NCBI GenBank assembly: GCA_964528225.1
Contig: CAZGRT010000001.1
Coordinates: 1-39,723 of the forward strand
Reading direction: 5' to 3'
Length of the DNA stretch: 39,723 nucleotides
Source of the DNA: an uncultured Thermodesulfobacteriota bacterium
GTDB lineage: Bacteria; Desulfobacterota; Deferrisomatia; Deferrisomatales; JACRMM01
Part shown: in pieces, positions 25,024 through 33,681 of the stretch
Layout of the letters: the number at the start of each line of letters is the position of its first letter
Numbering within the stretch: position 1 is the first letter of the stretch
Notes under the pieces: model-generated
Databases searched by the model: none
Told to the model about the DNA's origin: nothing
Seen by the model: only the letters and a program-made list of their open reading frames with translations
Translations under genes and position numbers: made by a program

Positions 25024-26958
25024 ATGAACGGCACGTGGAAGGCGTGGCTCCTCGGCGGGCTGGCGGTGCTCGGCTCCTCCTGCGGCGGAGGGGGCGGCGA
25101 TGATGCGCCCCCGCCTCCACCCCCTCCGCCCGACCTCTCCGGCGTCTGGGCCGGCACCTGGGAAGGATTCGACTCGGTCTTCGGCCGGGTCACCGGGTCG
25201 TGGGAGGTGGAGGCGTCCCAGGACGAGTCCGGCGTGGTCGGGAAGGCGTTCCTCAGCGGCGACGTGGACTGCGCCGAGGGGGACCTGAGCGGCACGGTGC
25301 CCTCCGGTGCGGCCCCGGGGGGCACCCTGGACCGCTCCCCGTGCCCTTCCAACCAGTGGACGTTGACCGCCCTCGACCTGGCGACACGGAGCGCCAGCGG
25401 CACCTGGACCAAGCCGGAGACCGGCGGCGCAGGCTCGTTCACCGGAACCCAGGTCGCCACCCCCGGCGGGCCGCGGATCGCGTTCTTCCACCCGCCGGGG
25501 GGAAGACCCGGCGCGATCGTGACCGTCGTGGGCTCCGGATTCGCAGGAGCGACACCGGGGGACATCCTCTTCGACGATGCACCGGCCGAAGCGTTCCTCT
25601 CCTCCCTCGGCGATCGGGTCGTCACGACCGTGCCCGCCGGGGCCACCACGGGCCGGCTCTTCGTCAGCACCCTCCCAGGCACGGCGATCAGCCCGAGGGA
25701 CTTCCGGGTCGAGGTTTCCCACCCCGTCCCCGTCTCCGGAACCGACATCTTCGTCGGAGCCAGCCAGGAGGGGGTGGCCGCGAGCCCGGACGGCCGGAGG
25801 CTCTACATCGCCGCCGGCGACACCGGGGTGGGGTCTCCCTCGGTCGTCATGGTGGACACCGCTTCCCTGCAGAGGATCACCGCGACCCCTCTGACCGCAC
25901 CGATCCTTCAGGGAATCGCCGTGAGCCCGGACGGCAGGCGGTTGTACACAGGCATGGGTCCCGGAGGGGTGGCTGTGCTCCACGGCGTTTCCGCCGCGCT
26001 GCTGGAGGTCCTCCCGATCCCGGCGGGCGACGGGAGCCGCGCCAACCCCCAGGGAATCGCCGTAAGCCCGGACGGCACCCTGCTCTACGTGGCGGACTGC
26101 CGGGACGGCGGAGCGGTCACCGTCTGGGACCTTCCGGGCCGCAGAGCCGTGGCGACGATCCCGACCGACCCGGGTGTCTTCCCCACGGGGGTCGCGCCTG
26201 CGCCCGCGGGCGACCGGGCCTACGTCGCCCTGGCGTCGGACTCCGGCCCCGGGGAGATCGCCGTGTACGACGTCGGGGCCCGCGCACTCTCCGGGCGCCT
26301 GGCCGCCGGGAACCGTCCCCTGGGGGTCACCGTCACCCCCGACGGGGCGAAGTTGGTCGTCGCCCACGCGTCCGACAACTCGATCGTCCTCTTCGACACC
26401 GCAAGCGGGAACCCAACCGCCGCGGTGGCGGTCGGCACCCTGCCCTCGGGGGTGGCGGTCAGCCCGGACGGACGCTTCGCCTACGCGGCCAACCGCGGCG
26501 GGCAAACCGTCACCGTCGTGGATCTGGAAACCGCCGGGGTGGCGGCGACGGTGCCCGTGCTCTCGGGGCCGGTGGCCGTGGCCCTCAGCCCGGACGGCCT
26601 GCGGGCGTACGTCGCCCACCAGGACTTCGGCCTGGCGAGCCAGATCGGAGAGGCCCCGGTGCTCACCATCGCCAAGGGGGGAACGGGAATCGGGACGGTC
26701 ACGTCCTCCCCCGCCGGCATCGACTGCGGGGCCACCTGCAGCGCGGGCTTCGAGCCCGACACGGCGGTGACCCTGACCGCCTCGCCCTATGGCGGGTCGA
26801 CGTTTTCCGGATGGGGGGGAGACCCCGACTGCACCGACGGCGTCGTGACGGTCGCGGCGAGCAGGACGTGCGTTGCCACCTTCACGGCCACGACGACCGG
26901 CGGAGGCGGCGGGGGGAGCGGAGGAGGCGGTTGCTTCGTGGCGGCGTGCAGCCGCTGA
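25024..26958 (+). CDS. Multidomain lipoprotein: poly-Pro linker, unknown ~120-aa domain, IPT/TIG domain, seven YVTN-type beta-propeller repeats, a divergent InlB B-repeat-like domain, and a Gly-rich Cys-containing tail
   Basis: 644 aa. The signal and lipobox read MNGTWKAWLLGGLAVLGSSC. An IPT-like segment is PRIAFFHPPGGRPGAIVTVVGSGF. Repeats of G(I/V)AVSPDG(R)xLY(V)A occur seven times. The segment GTVTSSPAGIDCGATCSAGFEPDTAVTLTASPYGGSTFSGWGGDPDC...CVATF matches the InlB-B-repeat pattern. The protein ends ...GGGGGGSGGGGCFVAACSR. Confidence 0.8.
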   Translation: MNGTWKAWLLGGLAVLGSSCGGGGGDDAPPPPPPPPDLSGVWAGTWEGFDSVFGRVTGSWEVEASQDESGVVGKAFLSGDVDCAEGDLSGTVPSGAAPGGTLDRSPCPSNQWTLTALDLATRSASGTWTKPETGGAGSFTGTQVATPGGPRIAFFHPPGGRPGAIVTVVGSGFAGATPGDILFDDAPAEAFLSSLGDRVVTTVPAGATTGRLFVSTLPGTAISPRDFRVEVSHPVPVSGTDIFVGASQEGVAASPDGRRLYIAAGDTGVGSPSVVMVDTASLQRITATPLTAPILQGIAVSPDGRRLYTGMGPGGVAVLHGVSAALLEVLPIPAGDGSRANPQGIAVSPDGTLLYVADCRDGGAVTVWDLPGRRAVATIPTDPGVFPTGVAPAPAGDRAYVALASDSGPGEIAVYDVGARALSGRLAAGNRPLGVTVTPDGAKLVVAHASDNSIVLFDTASGNPTAAVAVGTLPSGVAVSPDGRFAYAANRGGQTVTVVDLETAGVAATVPVLSGPVAVALSPDGLRAYVAHQDFGLASQIGEAPVLTIAKGGTGIGTVTSSPAGIDCGATCSAGFEPDTAVTLTASPYGGSTFSGWGGDPDCTDGVVTVAASRTCVATFTATTTGGGGGGSGGGGCFVAACSR

Positions 26959-26961
26959 CGC

Positions 26962-27918
26962 CTACGGGGGACAGTCGGCGCACACGGACCGGAACAGGGT
27001 CGTGCTCAGGTAGCGGTCCCCTCGGTCGGGGAGCAGCACCACCACCGTGCCCGACGCCATCTCCCCGGCGACCCGCAGGGCCCCGGCGACGGCGGCCCCG
27101 CTGGACATGCCCACGAAGAGTCCCTCGCGCAGGGCCAGGACCCGCGCCGTCTCGAAGGCCTCCTCGTCCTGGACCACAATCTTCTCGTCCAGGCGCGCAG
27201 GCTCGTAGATCTCCGGGACGATGGCCTCCTGCATGTTCTTGAGGCCCTGGATCGCGTGCCCGACGGGGGGCTCCACGCCGACGATCCGCACCCCCGGCTT
27301 CTTCTCCCTGAGGTACCGGCCGGCTCCCATCAGGGTGCCGGTCGTACCCATGCCCGCCACGAAAACGTCCACCTCGCCGTCGGTCTGGCACAGGACCTCC
27401 GGCCCCGTGGTCTCGTAGTGGGCGAGGACGTTGGCCGGGTTCGCGTACTGGTTGGGCATGTAGTACCGGTCGGGCTCCGTCTCCAGGATCTGGTGGGCCT
27501 TCATGATGGCCCCGTCGGTTCCCTGGCACCCGGCGGAGAGCGTGAGCTCGGCGCCCAGGGCCTCGAGCACCCTCCTCCGCTCCAGGCTCACGCACTCGGG
27601 CATGACCAGGCGGATGCGGTAGCCCTTCACCGCGGCGATCATGGCCAGGGCGATCCCCGTGTTCCCCGAGGTGGGCTCCAGGATGACCCGGTCGGGCGAG
27701 AGTTCGCCGGACTCCTCGGCCCTGGCGATCATGTAGTGGGCGGGCCGGTCCTTCACCGAGCCCCCGGGGTTGCAGCCCTCGAGCTTCGCGAGGATGCGCA
27801 CCCGGGGATTCCCGCTCATCCGCGTCAGCTCCGTGACCGGCGTGTTCCCGATGGCGGCCAGAACCCCGGGGTTCTCGTCGCGCCGGATGAACCTCTGGTC
27901 GATGCGAAGGGGCTCCAT
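26962..27918 (-). CDS. cysK: Cysteine synthase family PLP enzyme (CysK/CysM-like)
   Basis: 318 aa. Motifs are GNTPVTEL, KLEGCNPGGSVKDRPA (PLP lysine), TSGNTGIALA and GMGTTGTLMG. Confidence 0.88.
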   Translation of the reverse strand: MEPLRIDQRFIRRDENPGVLAAIGNTPVTELTRMSGNPRVRILAKLEGCNPGGSVKDRPAHYMIARAEESGELSPDRVILEPTSGNTGIALAMIAAVKGYRIRLVMPECVSLERRRVLEALGAELTLSAGCQGTDGAIMKAHQILETEPDRYYMPNQYANPANVLAHYETTGPEVLCQTDGEVDVFVAGMGTTGTLMGAGRYLREKKPGVRIVGVEPPVGHAIQGLKNMQEAIVPEIYEPARLDEKIVVQDEEAFETARVLALREGLFVGMSSGAAVAGALRVAGEMASGTVVVLLPDRGDRYLSTTLFRSVCADCPP

Positions 27919-27945
27919 GGACTCATGCCTCCGGCCGAAGCGGCG

Positions 27946-28848
27946 TCAGATGTAGCACTCCGCCCGCTCCTCCGGAACCAGGAGGACGGGAATGGAGGCG
28001 GCCTCCGCCACGCGATGGGAGGCGCTCCCCACCACCAGCTCCTTCACCCCGTGCTTGCCCCGGGTCCCCATGACGATCATCGTGGAGTGGCGGTCGGCGG
28101 CGGCCTGCAGGATCTCGTGGGCGATGGATCCGGCGAGCAGATGGGACTCCGCCTCCAGCCCCGCCGCCGAGAGTTCGTCGCAGATCGCTCCGAGCTCGCG
28201 GCGGCACTCGGCCTCCTCGCTCCGGGTCTCCTCCTCGGTGTGGCGCCGCAGGTCCCTCTCGGCGATCACGTGCACCACGTCCGCCCGCTTCGCCGCGCCC
28301 GCCAGCCGCTTCACGAACCCGGCGGCGTGGGACGCGGTCTCCGAGAAGTCGGTCGCGAAGAGCACCCTGTCGTAGGCGCTGGCCCCGGGGACCTCGCAGG
28401 CGGCCTCGGCGGGCGGGTGCTTGCACACGAGCACCGGGATGGCGCTTCGGCGAATCACCCCCATGCTCGTGCCCCCCAGGTAGATGGCGTCGGCCGGGAC
28501 GTGGCGCTGCCGCCCGGTGATGATCAGGTCCACCTGCTCGTCGCAGCTCACCTCGAGGATCTTCCCTTCCGGGCTGCCGATCTCCACCCGGTGGCGCGCG
28601 CCGATCCCCTGCTTCGCGAGCTCCTTCTCCCAGTCCTCGAAGTGGAGCCGCGCCTCCTCGCGCATCTGGTTCGCGAGCTTCTTGTCGAAACCGCGGAACA
28701 GGTCGAACCCCACCTCCTCCCGGTCGATCACGAAGAGGAAGACGATCTCCTCCAGCCCGACGCCCCGGAGGGGGTAGAGCCGCTCCACGCAGCCGAAGGA
28801 GAGGTCCTCGAACTTGGTCGGGAACAGGATCTTCCGGATGGGTTTCAT
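27946..28848 (-). CDS. Universal stress protein, tandem USP domains
   Basis: 300 aa in two halves of about 145 aa. Each half ends in a motif of the G-x2-G-x9-G(S/T) type, namely ITGRQRH...LGGTSMGVIRRSAIPVLV and VMGTRGKHGVKELVVGSASHRVAEAASIPVLLV. Confidence 0.88.
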   Translation of the reverse strand: MKPIRKILFPTKFEDLSFGCVERLYPLRGVGLEEIVFLFVIDREEVGFDLFRGFDKKLANQMREEARLHFEDWEKELAKQGIGARHRVEIGSPEGKILEVSCDEQVDLIITGRQRHVPADAIYLGGTSMGVIRRSAIPVLVCKHPPAEAACEVPGASAYDRVLFATDFSETASHAAGFVKRLAGAAKRADVVHVIAERDLRRHTEEETRSEEAECRRELGAICDELSAAGLEAESHLLAGSIAHEILQAAADRHSTMIVMGTRGKHGVKELVVGSASHRVAEAASIPVLLVPEERAECYI

Positions 28849-28873
28849 GGGCGCACCCCTTTCGAGGCCACTT

Positions 28874-30313
28874 CTAGAGGAAGAACACCGCGGTCACCAC
28901 GAGGAACGCGGGGATCAGGATGGTGGCCGAGTACTTGAGAATATACCCGAAGAAACTGGGCATTTCGACGCCCGTCTCCTCGGCGATGGACCGCACCATG
29001 AAGTTGGGCGCGTTGCCGATGTAGCTGTTCGCCCCCATGAACACGGCCCCGGCAGCGATGGCCTCGAGGTAGATCTCGTTGTTCGCGATCAGGGCGTGGA
29101 TGGCGTCGCGCTCGGCCACGCCCGGGCTGAAGTTGCCGAGCGCGGTGTTGAGGAACACGAGATAGGTGGGCGCGTTGTCGAGAAAGCTCGAGAGCAGGCC
29201 CGTCACCCAGAAGTAGTGGAGGGGCTCCTTGACTGCCCGGATGATGAACGCCAGGTGGCCCTGCGTGCCAGCCTTCAGGATGTCGAGCACCGGGATCATG
29301 GTCACGAAGATCCCGGCGAAGAGGTAGGCCACCTCCTGGATGGGGAACCAGGTGAACTCGTGTCGCTCACGGATCGACCGCCGCGTGGTCTGCAGCGAGA
29401 GAACGCCCATCAGGATCAGGAGGCCGTCCCTCAGGAGGTCGGCCACGGGCCGGTGCACCCCCAGGATGAGCACCTCTCCGATGTGCAGCAACCCGCTCAT
29501 CAGCACCGACGCGACGATGCCCCCGAGGAAGACGAGGATGTGGAGCCCCTCGATCTTGAGCTTCGAACCGTCGGACTCGGGCGGTCTTCCTTCCTCGCGG
29601 CGGTGGAAATAGGTGTCGATGCCGAAGAACAGGGCCAGCAGGAGCAGGGAGACCAGGAGCATGGGCTTGAGGAGCTTCATGGTCCAGAAGAACGGCACGC
29701 CGTGGAGGAAGCCCAGGAAGAGCGGGGGATCGCCCAGGGGCGTCAGGGAGCCGCCGATGTTGCACACGAGGAAGATGAAGAACACCACCTGGTAGGTGCG
29801 CCTCTTCCGCCAGGCGTTGGCCCGCAGGAAGGGCCGGATCAGCAGCATGGCCGCCCCGGTGGTCCCCACCCAGGAGGCGATCACCGTGCCGAACAGGAGC
29901 AGCCCGGTGTTCACCAGCGGGGAGCCCGCGAAGCTGCCGCTCACCAGGATGCCCCCGGCCACCGTGTAGAGCGCCCAGAGCAGGATGATGAAGGGCACGT
30001 AGTCGGCCAGGTAGATGTGGATGATCTCCAGCATCGCCTCGCCGCCGTACATCAGCAGGAAGGGGACGGCCAGGGAGAGCCCCCAGAAGGCCGAGATCTT
30101 GCCGAAGTGGTGGTGCCAGAACCGCGGCGCCAGCAGCGGGAACAGGGCGATGGAGAGCAGGATGCCGACGAAGGGGATCCCGAGGTAGAGGGGCAGCACC
30201 GCCCCGAGTCCTCCCCCGTGCTCGCCGCCGCCCCCGGACGCCAGGGCGGCGGCCGGGCCCAGGACGAGGGCGGCCAGGGCCAACGCCGAAACCTGCGGGA
30301 CACGTCGACTCAT
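28874..30313 (-). CDS. Polytopic ion transporter, ArsB/NhaD (sodium:proton antiporter-like) superfamily
   Basis: I take the ATG at 30313, which has GGAGGAGGAG upstream. 479 aa with about 11-12 hydrophobic segments and an N-terminal signal-like peptide. The segments LDNAPTYLVF and GANSYIGNAPNFMV resemble NhaD-type antiporters. The family call is moderate and the substrate is unknown. Confidence 0.6.
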   Translation of the reverse strand: MSRRVPQVSALALAALVLGPAAALASGGGGEHGGGLGAVLPLYLGIPFVGILLSIALFPLLAPRFWHHHFGKISAFWGLSLAVPFLLMYGGEAMLEIIHIYLADYVPFIILLWALYTVAGGILVSGSFAGSPLVNTGLLLFGTVIASWVGTTGAAMLLIRPFLRANAWRKRRTYQVVFFIFLVCNIGGSLTPLGDPPLFLGFLHGVPFFWTMKLLKPMLLVSLLLLALFFGIDTYFHRREEGRPPESDGSKLKIEGLHILVFLGGIVASVLMSGLLHIGEVLILGVHRPVADLLRDGLLILMGVLSLQTTRRSIRERHEFTWFPIQEVAYLFAGIFVTMIPVLDILKAGTQGHLAFIIRAVKEPLHYFWVTGLLSSFLDNAPTYLVFLNTALGNFSPGVAERDAIHALIANNEIYLEAIAAGAVFMGANSYIGNAPNFMVRSIAEETGVEMPSFFGYILKYSATILIPAFLVVTAVFFL

Positions 30314-30353
30314 GACTCCTCCTCCGTCGATGCGCGCGGGGAGCGGCCCCGCC

Positions 30354-31523
30354 TCAGAACAGGGCGTCGACAAACGCCCGGGCGTCGAAGGGCCGCAGGT
30401 CCTCAACGCCCTCGCCGATCCCGATGTACTTCACGGGGATGCCCAGTTCGTGGCAGATGGCCACGATCACGCCGCCCTTGGCGGTCCCGTCGAGCTTCGT
30501 CAGGGCGATGGAGTCCACCCCGGTGGCGTCGCGAAACGTCCGCGCCTGGCTGACCGCGTTCTGGCCGGTGGTGGCGTCGAGCACCAGGAGCACCTCGTGG
30601 GGAGCGCCCGGCAGCGCCTTGTCCAGGACCCGGCGGACCTTCTTCAGTTCCTCCATGAGGTTGGCCTTCGTGTGCAGCCGGCCGGCCGGGTCCACGATGA
30701 CCAGATCGGCCCGCCGCGCGCGGGCCGCCTCCACCGCGTCGAACGCCACGGCGGCGGGGTCCGAGCCGTGCTGGTGCCGGATCACGGTCGCCCCCACCCG
30801 CTCGCCCCAGATCCCCAGCTGCTCGATCGCAGCGGCCCGGAAGGTGTCCGCGGCGGCGAGGACCACCTTGTGGCCCCTCGCCCGGAACTGGGCGGCGATC
30901 TTCCCTATGGTGGTGGTCTTCCCGACACCGTTGACCCCCACCACCATGAGGACGTGGGGGCGGTCGGGTCCGAGCTCCAGGTGCCCCTCGTCCGCGACCA
31001 GGATGTCCCGGATCGCCTCCCTCAGGTGCTCGCGCAGGGCCTCCGGGCTCGTCAGTTCCTTCCGGCTCACGCGCTCCTGGATCTCGCCGATCAGGGCCTC
31101 CACCGTGTGGACCCCGAGGTCCGCGGTGATGAGCACCTCCTCGAGCGCCTCCAGGGTCTCGGCGTCGATCTCCTTCCGTCCGAAAAGGGCCCGGTCCACC
31201 TTCCGGACGAACCCCTCCCGGGTCTTCGACAATCCCGACCGCAGACGCGCGAACAGGCCCCCCCGGGGCGAGGATTCGGGCTCCTGGACTCCGAGGGCGG
31301 CCTCGGCGTCGGCTTCCCGGCCCGCGGGTTCCCCGGCGGGCTCCGCCGGCGACTCGGCCGGCACCGGGGGTTCCGCCTCGGGGGCCGCCGGCTGCTCGTC
31401 CCCCGAGCCCGGCTCCGCCCCGGGGGCCGGCTCGGGTGCCTCCTCCGCCTTTCCCTTCCGGAACAGGCGACCGAAGAACCCCTTCGCCCTGGCCTTTTCC
31501 TCCGAGGTCTTCTCCTCCGACAC
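30354..31523 (-). CDS. ftsY: Signal recognition particle receptor FtsY
   Basis: The NG domain shows VVGVNGVGKTTTIGKIA, DTFRAAAIEQL, DTAGRLH-like PAGRLHT and TKLDGTAKGG. I prefer the GTG at 31523, which has GGGGAGGAAA 6 nt upstream and gives VSEEKTSEEKARAKGFFGRLF. The track start at 31556 is a GTG overlapping the aroA stop and remains possible. Confidence 0.9.
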   Translation of the reverse strand: MSEEKTSEEKARAKGFFGRLFRKGKAEEAPEPAPGAEPGSGDEQPAAPEAEPPVPAESPAEPAGEPAGREADAEAALGVQEPESSPRGGLFARLRSGLSKTREGFVRKVDRALFGRKEIDAETLEALEEVLITADLGVHTVEALIGEIQERVSRKELTSPEALREHLREAIRDILVADEGHLELGPDRPHVLMVVGVNGVGKTTTIGKIAAQFRARGHKVVLAAADTFRAAAIEQLGIWGERVGATVIRHQHGSDPAAVAFDAVEAARARRADLVIVDPAGRLHTKANLMEELKKVRRVLDKALPGAPHEVLLVLDATTGQNAVSQARTFRDATGVDSIALTKLDGTAKGGVIVAICHELGIPVKYIGIGEGVEDLRPFDARAFVDALF

Positions 31524-31552
31524 CGACGGTTTCCTCCCCGGGAGTATCCGGC

Positions 31553-32833
31553 TCACCGGTCCAGCAGTTGCGCCCAGAACCCGGGGTAGGACACCGACGC
31601 GGCCTCGGCGCCGTCCACCGCAGCCCCCCCCGGGATCGCCAGGGACAGGACCCCCATCGCCATGGCGAGGCGGTGGTCGTCGTGGCTCTCGAAAACCGCC
31701 GGCCGCAAGGGGGCCCCGCCCGTCACCCGCAACCCGTCGGGCAGGGTCTCCACCGGCACCCCGGCCTTGCGCAGCTCCCCGGCCACGGCCTCGATCCGGT
31801 CCGACTCCTTGTGGCGCAGCTCCTCGGCACCCCGGATCCAGGTCTCCCCCCGGGCCGCCGCGGCCACGGCGGCGAGCACCGGGAACTCGTCGATAGCGCT
31901 CGGGACCTCCGCCGGGGACACCTCCACGCCCTCCAGCGGGCCGTGCTCGACCACGACGTCACCCACCGGCTCGCCGCACGCCTCGCCCGTCTCCTCCAGG
32001 GAGACCGGCGCCCCCATCCTGCGGAGGATCCGGTAGAACCCCGTGCGCGTGGGGTTGAGGCTCACGCCTCGGATCCGAACCCGAGACCCCGGCACCAGCA
32101 GCGCCGCCGCCGCCCAGAAGGCCGCCGAGGACGGGTCGCCGGGCACCGCCAGGTCCAGGGCCTTCAGCCGCGCCGGCCCCCGCACCCCCACCCCGAGCCC
32201 GTCGCGCACCACCTCGGCCCCCATGGCGGCGAGCATCCGCTCCGTGTGGTCGCGGGAGAGCTCGGGCTCCCTCACCCAGGTCACGCCCCGGGCGTGCAGC
32301 CCCGCCAGCAGGATCGCGCTCTTCACCTGGGCGCTCGCCACGGGAAGATCCCACTCCAGGGCGCGGAGGCTTCCCCCGCGGAGCACCAGGGGCGCGCGGG
32401 TGTCCTCCGCGCGTCCGAGCGCCAACGCCCCCATCTCCCGGAGGGGATCGAGGATCCGGGCCATGGGCCTGCGGCGCAGCGACGCGTCCCCCGTGAGGAC
32501 CGAGAGGAAGCCGTGCCCGGCCAGGACCCCGGCGAGCAGCCGCATGGTGGTGCCGGAGTTCGCGCAGTCGATCACCGCCTCCGGCTCCCGGAACCCTCCC
32601 AGGCCCCGGCCCGCGACCACCACCGTCCCCCCCTCGTCGCGGACCTCCACCCCCAGCGACTCCACGGCGCGCCGGGTGGCGGCCACGTCCAGCCCCTCCT
32701 GCAGCCCTCGAATGCGGGCTTCCCCTTCCGCCAGGGCCGAGAACAGCAGCGCGCGGTGGGAGAGCGACTTGTCGCCCGGCACGGCCAGGTCCCGCACCAG
32801 CGGCCCGGAGGCGGCCACCCTCAGCGGTGCCAC
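31553..32833 (-). CDS. aroA: 3-phosphoshikimate 1-carboxyvinyltransferase (EPSP synthase)
   Basis: A GTG at 32833 has GGGAAGGA upstream and overlaps the tyrA end. Motifs are VPGDKSLSHRALLFSAL, NSGTTMRLLAGVL, LRRRPM and RHKESDR. Confidence 0.92.
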   Translation of the reverse strand: MAPLRVAASGPLVRDLAVPGDKSLSHRALLFSALAEGEARIRGLQEGLDVAATRRAVESLGVEVRDEGGTVVVAGRGLGGFREPEAVIDCANSGTTMRLLAGVLAGHGFLSVLTGDASLRRRPMARILDPLREMGALALGRAEDTRAPLVLRGGSLRALEWDLPVASAQVKSAILLAGLHARGVTWVREPELSRDHTERMLAAMGAEVVRDGLGVGVRGPARLKALDLAVPGDPSSAAFWAAAALLVPGSRVRIRGVSLNPTRTGFYRILRRMGAPVSLEETGEACGEPVGDVVVEHGPLEGVEVSPAEVPSAIDEFPVLAAVAAAARGETWIRGAEELRHKESDRIEAVAGELRKAGVPVETLPDGLRVTGGAPLRPAVFESHDDHRLAMAMGVLSLAIPGGAAVDGAEAASVSYPGFWAQLLDR

Positions 32834-33681
32834 GGGTTCCTTCCCTCGGAGGCGGCGCGCAGGAAGAACCGGTCCAGCGCCTCCTCGTCGCCGGCCTCCA
32901 CCGCGATCCGCAGCTCGGCCAGGCGCTCGGAGAACGCATCGACCGCGCCGAGCAGCGCGGCCCGGTTCTCCAGGAACACGTCCTTCCACACCGCCGCCGG
33001 GCTCGCGGTGACCCGGGTGAAGTCCCGCAGCGACGTGCCCCCCAGGGACGCCTGGTGCGGCTCCAGCTCCGACGACACCGCGGCCACGAGGCTGTAGGCC
33101 AGGGCGTGGGGCAGGTGGCTCACGTAGGCGAAGACCCGGTCGTGGACGTCCGGGGCGATGCAGACCACCTCGGAGCCGAGGTCGCGCCACAGGGCGCTCA
33201 CCAGCTCCAGCGCCTCGGAGGGCGTGTCGGGCTCCGGCGTCAGGACGCAGGTGCGCCCCTCGAAGAGCCCCGGCACCGCGCCCTCGATGCCTCCCCGCTC
33301 GGTTCCCGCCACCGGGTGCCCCCCGACGAAGGCCACGCCCTCGGGGAGGCACTCCCGCGCGCCGGCGAGCACCGACACCTTGGCGCTCCCGACGTCGGTC
33401 ACCACCTGCCCGGGCCGCAGGTGGGGGGCCAGTTGGCACAGGAGCGAGCGGATGGCCCGGACCGGCGCGGCCAGGATCACCAGATCCGCGCCCGCCACCG
33501 CCTCCGCGGCCTCGGCGTACCCCTCGTCGAGGAAGCCCCTCTGCCGGGCCAGGTCCACCGAGCCCTGGCGGCGGTCGGTACCCGCCACGACCCAGCGCGT
33601 CCTTCGGGCCTTCAGGGAGGCCGCGATGCTCCCTCCGATGAGACCGAGGCCCACCAGCGTCACCGTCCGCCGCGGGGTCAC
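32821..33681 (-). CDS. tyrA: Prephenate dehydrogenase
   Basis: A GTG at 33681 overlaps the upstream stop (GTGA). The Rossmann motif is LVGLGLIGGS, followed by DVGSAK and GGHPVAGTE. 286 aa. Confidence 0.88.
   Translation of the reverse strand: MTPRRTVTLVGLGLIGGSIAASLKARRTRWVVAGTDRRQGSVDLARQRGFLDEGYAEAAEAVAGADLVILAAPVRAIRSLLCQLAPHLRPGQVVTDVGSAKVSVLAGARECLPEGVAFVGGHPVAGTERGGIEGAVPGLFEGRTCVLTPEPDTPSEALELVSALWRDLGSEVVCIAPDVHDRVFAYVSHLPHALAYSLVAAVSSELEPHQASLGGTSLRDFTRVTASPAAVWKDVFLENRAALLGAVDAFSERLAELRIAVEAGDEEALDRFFLRAASEGRNPWHR

Noticed and set aside
26956-27030. A frameshift or read-through that would extend the lipoprotein tail. The +1 frame gives ...AAADAYGGQSAHTDRNRVVLR, which is superficially like CFIATAAYGS-type tails.
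   Set aside because: No hydrophobic anchor follows in any frame. The DNA here encodes the well-conserved C-terminus of cysK on the other strand.
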